A stretch of 44,024 bases of DNA from Oscillospiraceae bacterium. GTDB lineage: Bacteria; Bacillota_I; Bacilli_A; RFN20; CAG-826. The stretch spans positions 1 to 44,024 of the forward strand of contig CAVIYC010000001.1 of the NCBI GenBank assembly GCA_963647095.1, written 5' to 3'. The notes under the pieces were generated by a model, which saw nothing but the letters and a program-made list of their open reading frames with translations, did not search any database and was not told the DNA's origin. Positions within the stretch are counted from its first letter, which is position 1; each line of letters opens with the position of its first letter. Of the stretch, positions 8,866-17,261 are shown one piece after another. The position numbers and the translations under genes were made by a program.

Positions 8866-9701
8866 ACGAACACAATTACTTTGTGGCCATACATTTCGAA
8901 GGCGCCGCCAAATCTTATTATTTCTCGACCGACATACCCGATTTGAAACCCGGGGATTTCGTCATCGTCGATTCTTTGGGCGGATATGAGATGGCCATCG
9001 TCACCTCCTCTCCCCAAATGATGAACGATTATCATTCTAAGCTCAGCTTAAAGCCGGTTATCAGACGCCCTTCCGCCTCGGACTTGTCGGTTTACCAATA
9101 TAACATCGAACAAGCCAAGACCGCGTTGGAAGTGGCCAGGAAAGAAGCCTCCAGATTGGGCTTGGAAATGAATTTTTTGGACGCCAAATATTCCTTGGAC
9201 GGATCTAAGATAACCATTACCTACACCGCGGACGGCAGGGTGGATTTCAGAGAGTTGCTAAAATCTCTGGCCCCTCAGCTCCATTGCCGCATCGAATTAA
9301 GGCAAATCGCCCCCAGAGACAAAGCCAAATTGATAGGCGGAATCGGAACCTGCGGTTTGCCTTTATGCTGCAATACCTTCCTAAACGAATTCGACGGAAT
9401 AGCCATCTCAAGAGCCAAGAACCAGATGCTTACCTTGAACATCCCCAAGCTTTCCGGGCCGTGCGGGAAGCTCATTTGCTGCTTGCTTTACGAAGACGAT
9501 ATGTACACCGAAGCCAAGAAACATTTCCCAACCATCGGAACGCACGTCATTTATGACGGCCACGATTACACCGTCACGGGATTGAACGTTTTAAGCAACA
9601 CGGTGAAATTGGAAAACCCTTTGACAATCAAAAACATCCCGTTGGATGAATTCAACGGTTTGGAAAAGGTGGAGAAAAATGAGTCTGAAAAGGGAGAATA
9701 A
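8862..9701 (+). CDS. ricT: PSP1-domain regulatory iron-sulfur protein RicT/YaaT
   Basis: 279 aa with TADGRVDFRELLKSLAPQLHCRIELRQI and Cys clusters GTCGLPLCC and GPCGKLICC, as in B. subtilis YaaT. Conserved position after holB. Confidence 0.85.
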   Translation: MNEHNYFVAIHFEGAAKSYYFSTDIPDLKPGDFVIVDSLGGYEMAIVTSSPQMMNDYHSKLSLKPVIRRPSASDLSVYQYNIEQAKTALEVARKEASRLGLEMNFLDAKYSLDGSKITITYTADGRVDFRELLKSLAPQLHCRIELRQIAPRDKAKLIGGIGTCGLPLCCNTFLNEFDGIAISRAKNQMLTLNIPKLSGPCGKLICCLLYEDDMYTEAKKHFPTIGTHVIYDGHDYTVTGLNVLSNTVKLENPLTIKNIPLDEFNGLEKVEKNESEKGE

Positions 9702-10536
9702 CTACGAGGGGGATTCGCCTCTTCTTTATTTGGTCGCCACCCCGATCGGCAACAAAGAAGAATTCACGCCCAGAGCCATAAACGTCTTGAAAGAGATGGA
9801 TTACATCGCTTGCGAGGACACCAGAAACTCTGGCTTGCTGTTTTCCAAATTCGACATCAAAAAGCACCTTATTTCTTGTCGGGAATTCAACGAAAACGAA
9901 AAAGCGGAGGAAATAATATCCTTGCTTAAAGAAGGCAAGAAAGTCGCTTATGTTTCCGACGCCGGGTATCCGGGGATTTCGGATCCCGGGCAAAAGCTGG
10001 TCTCCAAAGCTTTGGAAGCCGACATCAAAGTCGCCGTCATAAACGGCCCGAACGCCGGATTGTGCGCCCTATTGGCCTCTGGGTTGGACACCACGCACTT
10101 TACCTTCGAAGGCTTTTTGCCATCCAAGGATTCTTTGGCCAAAAAACGTTTGGAAGAGCTAAAGAATTGGCCTCATACCTTGATTTTCTACGAAGCCCCC
10201 CATCGCATAGAAAGAACCTTATCGATGATGAAGGACGCTTTTGGGGGAGATAGGAAAGCCTGCTTGGCCAGAGAATTGACCAAATTGCACGAAGAATACA
10301 TCCGAGGGACTTTTTCCGAATTGCTGAACGAAGATCCCGAAACCCTCAGGGGAGAAATGGTCATCTGCGTCGAAGGGAAAGAAATGACAAACGAAATCTC
10401 CGACGACGACATCGAAGAAAATCTCAATAAAGCCCTAAAGAGCCTTTCTTCCAAAGAGGCCGTAAAGAAAGTCTCAGCCGATTTGAAAGTCGGAAAAAAC
10501 AAGGTCTACAACGTTTATTTAGAGCGTTTCAAATAA
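9679..10536 (+). CDS. rsmI: 16S rRNA (cytidine1402-2'-O)-methyltransferase RsmI
   Basis: Tetrapyrrole-methylase fold with LYLVATPIGN, CEDTR, SDAGYPGISDPG and FYEAPHR. ATG 9679 is preceded by GGTGGAG. The ORF-track start at 9646 is probably an extension. Confidence 0.9.
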   Translation: MSLKRENNYEGDSPLLYLVATPIGNKEEFTPRAINVLKEMDYIACEDTRNSGLLFSKFDIKKHLISCREFNENEKAEEIISLLKEGKKVAYVSDAGYPGISDPGQKLVSKALEADIKVAVINGPNAGLCALLASGLDTTHFTFEGFLPSKDSLAKKRLEELKNWPHTLIFYEAPHRIERTLSMMKDAFGGDRKACLARELTKLHEEYIRGTFSELLNEDPETLRGEMVICVEGKEMTNEISDDDIEENLNKALKSLSSKEAVKKVSADLKVGKNKVYNVYLERFK

Positions 10537-13500
10537 TTCTTTTCTGCGTTTCTTGGCCCTAACGGCAAAGACGGTGATTTCATACGTGGCGAAAATAACG
10601 ACTGCCGCGCCGCTTAACGCCGCGCCCATCTTTAGATATGGGGTAACGTAGGTGAAAACATATTCCACTTCGCCTTCCGGCGCGAAGAACCCGACCAATC
10701 CGCCATCCATTTTGACGGTCTTCAATTCGGTCTCGATATATTCGCCGGATTCGCCTTTGGTTCTGGCCACCACTTTCCATCCGGCGTCATATCCCAAAGT
10801 CGTTACCACGGCTTTTTGCTTGCTGAAATTGGATTTGGCTTCGAAATGGTCGGAATTGATGTATTTGACGTCCGTCAGAAGATGGTCTTCGTCCGTAATG
10901 GAGGCGTATTTCGCATCAAAATCCTTTCTTTCCTGCATGAGCAAGAATGGGATGGGGGCTTCGCCTTCTTCCCCGTTTTTCTTGGAGAAGACTATTTGCC
11001 TGACCCTTCCTTCCGCGTATATGCCAAATAGGCCGCTGTAGTTGCCGGATATCTGGCTATTGACGTTGTCGAAGGAATGGAATTCGTAATTCAATATGGT
11101 GTTTTCTTTCTTTAAAGAACCATCCTCGTTGAAGGTGTCGCCAATCATATAAACCCTGGAAATATTGCTGTGGTTATAAGCAAAGAGGAAATAAGCCCCG
11201 TTTGGGTCTTCGTTCATATATGGATCGCCCGTCCCCAAAGACCAAACGAGTTTCCCGTCTTCGAGGTTATTTGCCCCATAATAGGTTCCTTTGAAGATTT
11301 GCCCAGAATAGGCGTTGGTGTACGAGCTGACGTAAGTGTTCTTGCTGGAATCCACCAAAAATGACGCGGGGTCTTCGTAATTGAAGCCATATCCCGGCAC
11401 GTTTTCGAATACCCTGGATTTCAATTGGCCGGACAAATCGGTGAATTTGACGTCGCTGAAACTGGGAGAGGAAAGTATTTCGATTCCCTCTGGAACGTCC
11501 ACGTCGTCTTTGATTATCGCCCCGTTGAGATAGGCCTCCTCATTCTTGGCTATTTCCTTAAAGCCGTTGGAGTAATAGGAATTATGGTAGAAGTCCGAAT
11601 AATTGAGGTGGTCGGTGTCCAAAGTCCCGTCTTCCAGGTATTTGTCCCAGGCGTTTTCCCTATAAACCCCGTCCACGGCTCTGCCGAGTTCGATGTGGTA
11701 TGGATTTTCGTATATTCTGAATTTGTTGTTCTTATAGACGCATTTGGAACCGAAAGGAACGTTGTATTTGAAATCGTCGTCGTCCCATAAATCGCCCATC
11801 CCGGTATCTTCGGAAACGATCGCGTAATATTTGATTCCCGTCAACAAATCGAAGGAAAAACGCTTGTTGTTGTAATAGCCGGCCCAACGGGAAGAAACGT
11901 TCTTTTGGCCATATGGCGTGCCGTTCGCGTATTCGTTTTCGATGATATGGGAATAATGGCTCAAATCGATGACTTCGTAGTTGAACAGGGAAGACCATGG
12001 GGTGGTCCCGTTATAACCCATCGCGTAATTCATGTTCTTTTGGGCGGGATAATCCGCATAAGCCCTATACAAAGTGTCCGTGTCGTATTCTTTGGTGACG
12101 TAGGCGAAGGCCTCGGTCAATTGGGTTCCGGTCGTATATTGGTAATTCTTGTTGTCGTAACCGCCGTTAAAGGATCTCCCATAGCTATATGAAGAGCCAT
12201 ATAAGAAAGATATGTTGCCGCATACGATGACTTCCGCGGCCACGAAAGCCGTGACCATGTTTTTGAAGAACTTTTTCTTGGAGAAGAAAATGATGAACGC
12301 GGACTCTACGACCACCAAACCCATTTGGTAGATCGAAAGCCACAAAGTCGAATATTTTTCTCCGCCCCTAAGTACGTAAGCCGGGATGTTGTAAACGGAT
12401 TGCCAATAGGTCATGAAGTTGCTGTTGGTGAAGGTTTTTCCATTTAAGACCCAGCGAACCATGAAGAAAGTCAGCAAAGTCGCGACCGCCACCAAGCCCG
12501 TAGCCAACGGCAACTGGTATTTGGGCGCTTCTTTACGATGGTCCATTCCCCTGCACGCTTGCCTGATAAGCAAGGGAATCAAGACGATGTACCATCTTCC
12601 GTAGCCATCCCCCGTAAAGGCGAAGCTGAAGAAATACGCAAAGATGGTAAACACGCAATAAGAACACAAAGCGAAGGAAATCAAATGCTCCCAATCCTTG
12701 GTTCTGACGTTGTTTATGAGCTCGAACATGAAGAAGATGATCATCGGAGTGTAGATGAACAAAGACGAAGTCCAAGCGTCATATCCGGTTGAGATCCCTC
12801 CGCCATAAAGCGGGAGCCACAAATAGTTGCAGGTGGGGAAGAAGAAAGACACCAAACCCATCATTTCCCTGCCGGGGTGATCGCCAACCATCTCAAACAA
12901 TCTGGCGAAAACGGTCTTGACGTCGAACGTTTTCAAAGCGTTCAGCAAGTCTTGGAGATATAGGTAACCGATGGAATGCCCCCTACCGGACAAGGCTGAT
13001 TGCCTAATGGAGGGAAGCAAGGACCACGAACATAGCATCAAACCCAGAGCAAAGCTTAAAACCCCCAAACCCAAAACGGCCCACGAATCTTTTCCTTTGC
13101 GGCTCTTGATGGTCCAAAAGAACCTCCATAAAGCGTATAAAACCCCCCAAATGCACATGACCACCAAAAAGAAGAAGGAGACGATTCCGAGCATGGCCAA
13201 AGACCAAGTCAAAGTCCCTATCTTTTTCTCTTTGATTACCTTTTCGATGCCCAAAAGGATGAGCGGAATGAATACGACCGCCGAAACGAAGGACGGGAAG
13301 CCGACGAAGAAGTTGACGAAACCGGAGAAGGCGTAGGCCAAAGCCCCCACCCTCGCGCTGGATTCCCTAACTCCCATGTATTTGAGGTAGGCTCTCATCG
13401 CAAATCCCGCGCAAGTCGCCTTCAAGACGGTGAATATGGCCGTCATCTGAGGGACCCAACCGCGAGGGAACAAGACGTTTAAAAACACAAATGGATCGAA

Positions 13501-13851
13501 TAATCCGTAATAAGACATCGAGCCGATGTTGTCCCCGCCCAAATATATGGCCGGGTCATACATCGTGAAATGCCCCGTTTTGAAAAACTCATGCCAAACG
13601 TCCCAATAGTGATAATAGAATTCGACGTATTGGCTCATATAATCCCAACCATAAAGCTGGGTGCCGTAGTTTCTGATGAGCGAATAGCCCATCCAGCAGA
13701 AACCGACGATGACCAAAAGCAGACCGAAATAGAACAAAGACGTCCAATCAAAAAGGTAAGGCATATGCTTCCTAAACCATTCGGAAGCCTTGTTTTTTGC
13801 CTTTTGCTTTCTAAGTTCGCCCAAAGACGTGGTCTGTTGGTCTTCCATCAT
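10519..13851 (-). CDS. YfhO-family-like polytopic membrane protein (putative glycopolymer glycosyltransferase), 1110 aa
   Basis: The N-terminal ~560 aa carry many TM helices. A ~500-aa Asn/Tyr/Asp-rich extracytoplasmic region follows, then a single C-terminal TM and an RAKKRRK tail. This matches YfhO topology. The start overlaps the stop of the PII-like gene. Confidence 0.65.
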   Translation of the reverse strand: MMEDQQTTSLGELRKQKAKNKASEWFRKHMPYLFDWTSLFYFGLLLVIVGFCWMGYSLIRNYGTQLYGWDYMSQYVEFYYHYWDVWHEFFKTGHFTMYDPAIYLGGDNIGSMSYYGLFDPFVFLNVLFPRGWVPQMTAIFTVLKATCAGFAMRAYLKYMGVRESSARVGALAYAFSGFVNFFVGFPSFVSAVVFIPLILLGIEKVIKEKKIGTLTWSLAMLGIVSFFFLVVMCIWGVLYALWRFFWTIKSRKGKDSWAVLGLGVLSFALGLMLCSWSLLPSIRQSALSGRGHSIGYLYLQDLLNALKTFDVKTVFARLFEMVGDHPGREMMGLVSFFFPTCNYLWLPLYGGGISTGYDAWTSSLFIYTPMIIFFMFELINNVRTKDWEHLISFALCSYCVFTIFAYFFSFAFTGDGYGRWYIVLIPLLIRQACRGMDHRKEAPKYQLPLATGLVAVATLLTFFMVRWVLNGKTFTNSNFMTYWQSVYNIPAYVLRGGEKYSTLWLSIYQMGLVVVESAFIIFFSKKKFFKNMVTAFVAAEVIVCGNISFLYGSSYSYGRSFNGGYDNKNYQYTTGTQLTEAFAYVTKEYDTDTLYRAYADYPAQKNMNYAMGYNGTTPWSSLFNYEVIDLSHYSHIIENEYANGTPYGQKNVSSRWAGYYNNKRFSFDLLTGIKYYAIVSEDTGMGDLWDDDDFKYNVPFGSKCVYKNNKFRIYENPYHIELGRAVDGVYRENAWDKYLEDGTLDTDHLNYSDFYHNSYYSNGFKEIAKNEEAYLNGAIIKDDVDVPEGIEILSSPSFSDVKFTDLSGQLKSRVFENVPGYGFNYEDPASFLVDSSKNTYVSSYTNAYSGQIFKGTYYGANNLEDGKLVWSLGTGDPYMNEDPNGAYFLFAYNHSNISRVYMIGDTFNEDGSLKKENTILNYEFHSFDNVNSQISGNYSGLFGIYAEGRVRQIVFSKKNGEEGEAPIPFLLMQERKDFDAKYASITDEDHLLTDVKYINSDHFEAKSNFSKQKAVVTTLGYDAGWKVVARTKGESGEYIETELKTVKMDGGLVGFFAPEGEVEYVFTYVTPYLKMGAALSGAAVVIFATYEITVFAVRAKKRRKELFETL

Positions 13852-14627
13852 TTGTTTCCTTGTTCTTCGATTTCTTTCTCTTCTTCGTCGCTGGGATTGC
13901 TGATTCCCACGACGTCAGTCAAAGGCAAGGAGAAGGCGATGCCTTGTCCTTTGGTGCCAAAGCCGACGGCGTTGTTGATGGCCACCAAGACATCGTCTCT
14001 GATCTCTTTCGGGACCAAAATCATCACCATTTTCTTCTCAGGGGTAATGACTATTCCGTAGAACTGCTCGATTTCCTTATTGCCGGTTCCGTGGCCGTTG
14101 ATGATGGTGCCGCCTCTGGCTCCGGCTTCCCTGGAAGCGGACACGACCAAATCGGTATATCCGTCGTTGACGATGGCGAATATCGCCTCATAACCATTGT
14201 TTTGTTCCATATTCACTTCCTCCGTGTTGGTTGTTCCTGCGTTATTGGCGTAGGTTAGATATTTGTAAGCGGATAGTCCCGCCATTTTGGTTAATGGAGC
14301 CATCCAGGCGATGCCAGAAGACAACTTGCTGGTTTTGAATCTCTCCTTAAGTTCCAATTTGAGATCGTTCCATTTGCTCAATTTCACAAAGGAGCAGACG
14401 ATGTCTTTCTTTTCGTCTCCGACGCCAAGGACGTTATAGAAGTCGTTGGTGTAGGTGCCTTTGCCGCTGATGATAAAGGACGTCGCGCATTCGTTTTTGT
14501 TATATATCCCAACGATCGAACTGGCCAATCCATGATTGACGACCGCCATGGTGAAGGCCAATGGCATAGCGCCTTTCATGATTTTGGTTTCAGGTTCCGC
14601 GACCGCGTTTTTCTTTTTGCTGCTCAT
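13848..14627 (-). CDS. Tandem PII (GlnB)-like signal-transduction protein, 259 aa
   Basis: The C-terminal half reads YEAIFAIVNDG...GARGGTIINGHGTG...MVMILVPKE...GTKGQGIAFSLPLTDVVGI, matching the PII beta-alpha-beta pattern and the GDGKIFV..V..V.RI box. The N-terminal half (LAFTMAVVNHG...IISGKGT...GIAWMAPL) is a degenerate copy. GGAGG Shine-Dalgarno is present, and ATGA overlaps occur on both sides. Confidence 0.65.
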   Translation of the reverse strand: MSSKKKNAVAEPETKIMKGAMPLAFTMAVVNHGLASSIVGIYNKNECATSFIISGKGTYTNDFYNVLGVGDEKKDIVCSFVKLSKWNDLKLELKERFKTSKLSSGIAWMAPLTKMAGLSAYKYLTYANNAGTTNTEEVNMEQNNGYEAIFAIVNDGYTDLVVSASREAGARGGTIINGHGTGNKEIEQFYGIVITPEKKMVMILVPKEIRDDVLVAINNAVGFGTKGQGIAFSLPLTDVVGISNPSDEEEKEIEEQGNK

Positions 14628-16246
14628 TCCGTCACCTCCGTGAAATCGATCAAGACATCATCATTCTCAGCAATGAAGTTCTTTCTGGCTTTGCTATAGA
14701 TAACCATTCTCTTGATGCCGGCATACAAGCCCATCAATTGAACGACGATCAAAGGCATCAAGGCGATCATCGCCACCGAGCCAAAGGCTGAAGCGTATAC
14801 GTAATCCGCGCCTTTCTCGGCGAAAGTGAATCCCGTGCAGAAAGGCATGACGAAAGTGGAGGCCATCGGACCAGAGGCGACGCCGCCGGAGTCGAAAGCC
14901 ATGGCGAAATACATCTTCGGGACAATGAAGGAGAGTCCCAAAGCGATGAAATATCCGGGAATCAGATAATAAAGGACGCTGAATCCATAATGCGCGCGGA
15001 CAATGGCCAAAGCCACGCCGCCGCCGACCGCCAAGGCCAAAACGGCCAAAACGGCTTTGGATTTCACGGTTCCTTCGGAAACCTTTTCAACCTGGCTTAC
15101 CAACGAATGGACGGCCGGTTCGGCCAAGGCGCCGAACATGCCGAACAAGAATCCGACCAAAACCGCATAAGGGAACAAGTCTCTTTCGGGGTTGCCGAAG
15201 CATTTGCCCAATTCCTGGGCCACCGGCATGAAGCCTATTTCGACGAAAGTCATAAAAACGGCCAAACCGATATAGGCGTAAATCAAACCAATAAGGATCT
15301 TGAACAATTCCCTCTTCGGCAAACGGACGAAGACGAAATTATAAAACAGGAAGAACGCCGTAATCGGCAATATGGCGATGGCCGCATTCTTCAATTGGGA
15401 GACTATACCGTGTCCCAGCATGTTCAAATAGAACGGCCAAACCGTTTCCCAAGCGTTGTAATTGAGAGCGTCGGCTTCCGATATGGATGGAGACCAAGTC
15501 ATTGAATCGACGTCTACGAACAAGCCCATGATCATGACGGCGATGATCGGCCCGACGGAGGCTAAGGCCGTAAGACCGAAGCCATCTTCCCCGTTGCGGT
15601 CGCCGGTGGATTTGGAAGACGCCAAACCGACGCCGAAGGCCATGATGAACGGAACGGTGACCGGCCCGGTAGTGACGCCACCGGAGTCAAAAGCCACCGG
15701 CAAGAATTTCGGGTTAACGATTCCCGCCAAAGCGAAAACCATTCCATAGAAAGCCAAGAACAAAACATTGAGCCTTCCGCCGCGCAACGTGCGGATAACG
15801 CCGATGACAACGAAGATTCCGACGCCCAACGCGATGCTTATGATAAGCACCCATTCGTTCATGCCGATTTGGGAGGCCATGGCTTTTAAATCCGGTTCGG
15901 CGATGGTTACCAAAACGCCGATGATGAAAGTCATGGCGATTACCAACCACATCTTTTTCTTATGGAACAAAGTCTGTCCGACGACTTCGCCGATTCTGCT
16001 CATGGAATTGGTGACGCCGGCGTTAAACAGGGCCAAGCCGACGATAAGGCCCGCCGCAGAGATAACGAAAGTGACCAATAACTGAGGCGAGAATTCATCC
16101 CTTGGCAATACGCCGGTTAGATATATGACAACGATGACCGCGACGATCGGCAATACGGCCAACGAGCTTTCCAAGAATCCTTTGGCTATCTGCTTAATGA
16201 CGGCCAACCATTCTCTTCTTGGCTTTGGATTTGCGCTTTTTGTCAT
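14624..16246 (-). CDS. Fused double DUF1538-family integral membrane protein, 540 aa
   Basis: Two homologous halves each carry AEP(D/A) and (V/M)AFDSGGV(T/A)(T/S)GP motifs with ~6 TM segments each. A strong AAGGAGG Shine-Dalgarno lies 5 nt upstream of ATG 16246. Confidence 0.7.
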   Translation of the reverse strand: MTKSANPKPRREWLAVIKQIAKGFLESSLAVLPIVAVIVVIYLTGVLPRDEFSPQLLVTFVISAAGLIVGLALFNAGVTNSMSRIGEVVGQTLFHKKKMWLVIAMTFIIGVLVTIAEPDLKAMASQIGMNEWVLIISIALGVGIFVVIGVIRTLRGGRLNVLFLAFYGMVFALAGIVNPKFLPVAFDSGGVTTGPVTVPFIMAFGVGLASSKSTGDRNGEDGFGLTALASVGPIIAVMIMGLFVDVDSMTWSPSISEADALNYNAWETVWPFYLNMLGHGIVSQLKNAAIAILPITAFFLFYNFVFVRLPKRELFKILIGLIYAYIGLAVFMTFVEIGFMPVAQELGKCFGNPERDLFPYAVLVGFLFGMFGALAEPAVHSLVSQVEKVSEGTVKSKAVLAVLALAVGGGVALAIVRAHYGFSVLYYLIPGYFIALGLSFIVPKMYFAMAFDSGGVASGPMASTFVMPFCTGFTFAEKGADYVYASAFGSVAMIALMPLIVVQLMGLYAGIKRMVIYSKARKNFIAENDDVLIDFTEVTE

Positions 16247-17222
16247 AGGTCCTCCTTTCTGGAACTTTGGGTTTGGCGATGTATTCTGGTTTGGGATTCC
16301 TCACCTTCCAGAACAGCGATTTCATCGAGGTGGGCATCTCGGTTTTGAAATCGTAGGTTTTCCCGTTCAAGGGATTCGTCAACGTCAGTTGATAAGCGTG
16401 TAGCCCCAATCTCTTTATCGGATTCGCGGGCTCTCCGTATTTGTCGTCCCCGATGACATAATGCCCTCGGTAACCGAATTGAACCCTTATCTGGTTCTTT
16501 CTTCCGGTTTCTATGTCGACGTCGAGAAGGGTGAGCCCGTTCTTTTCTTCCATCTTTTTGAAGTTGGTGACGCAGAGCTTGCCTTCTTTTTTGTTTTTGG
16601 TGACATAAACGAGATGGAGGCTGTTTTCGGCTAGGTAATCTTCGTATCTTCCGCTTTCTGGTAGGCCCTCTCCCTCGACAATCGCGTAATATCCGCGTTT
16701 GGTGACTATGTCGTTCCAATTGTTTTGGAGGGCTTCTCGAACTTCGAAGTTCTTGGCGAATATCAATACGCCGGAAGTGTCTTCGTCCAAACGATGAACG
16801 ACGAATATGCGGGCGTTTTTGTCTTTGGCAGTCAGATAATCGGACACGAAGCGATAGGCGGTGTGTCCTTTTTCTCTGTCCGAAGCGATAGAGAGCAATC
16901 CCGATGGCTTATTGATGGCGATTATGTCATCGTCCTCATAGATAATGTCCAATTGATGGGCGTTACGTTTCTTGATTCGGTTATGGGAGAGCAATACTTC
17001 GTCTTCGGGGTATAGCTTGAAATTGAATAAGGTGACCGGTGCTCCTCCGACGGAAACCTGCTGGCTGGAAATGACGTGCCTGGCGATCGTATTGGAAAGA
17101 TTGGCTTTTTCCATCAAAAAAGGAAGCAACGTAGTTTCTTCCTTAACCAAAAAGACCCTCACCTTGTTTGGGTCGATGAGGCCTTTTTGAGTACGATGTT
17201 TCTTTGCGTCGTTCCTATTCAT
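16194..17222 (-). CDS. RluA-family pseudouridine synthase with N-terminal S4-like domain and basic C-terminal tail
   Basis: 342 aa with the HRLDEDTSGVLIF catalytic motif, and the KNQIRVQ and YGLHAYQL-type blocks. The Lys/Arg-rich tail is encoded in the 53-nt overlap with the DUF1538 gene. Confidence 0.85.
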   Translation of the reverse strand: MNRNDAKKHRTQKGLIDPNKVRVFLVKEETTLLPFLMEKANLSNTIARHVISSQQVSVGGAPVTLFNFKLYPEDEVLLSHNRIKKRNAHQLDIIYEDDDIIAINKPSGLLSIASDREKGHTAYRFVSDYLTAKDKNARIFVVHRLDEDTSGVLIFAKNFEVREALQNNWNDIVTKRGYYAIVEGEGLPESGRYEDYLAENSLHLVYVTKNKKEGKLCVTNFKKMEEKNGLTLLDVDIETGRKNQIRVQFGYRGHYVIGDDKYGEPANPIKRLGLHAYQLTLTNPLNGKTYDFKTEMPTSMKSLFWKVRNPKPEYIAKPKVPERRTYDKKRKSKAKKRMVGRH

Positions 17223-17228
17223 GGCGTG

Positions 17229-17234
17229 ATTATA
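17229..17234 (-). promoter_or_regulatory. -10 hexamer TATAAT 6 nt upstream of the rluA-family ATG (leaderless-type)
   Basis: The minus strand reads ttttTATAATcacgccATG. There is no Shine-Dalgarno sequence and no good -35. Confidence 0.4.
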
Positions 17235-17261
17235 AAATAATCAGCCTCTTTAATCACTCTT

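Noticed and set aside
16243-16719. 158-aa Arg-rich alternative-frame ORF inside the RluA-family gene. The 101-aa basic ORF at 5780-6085 inside dnaX is similar.
   Set aside because: Both are same-strand out-of-frame ORFs within well-supported genes. They are extreme R/K/S/P low-complexity translations with no initiation signals.
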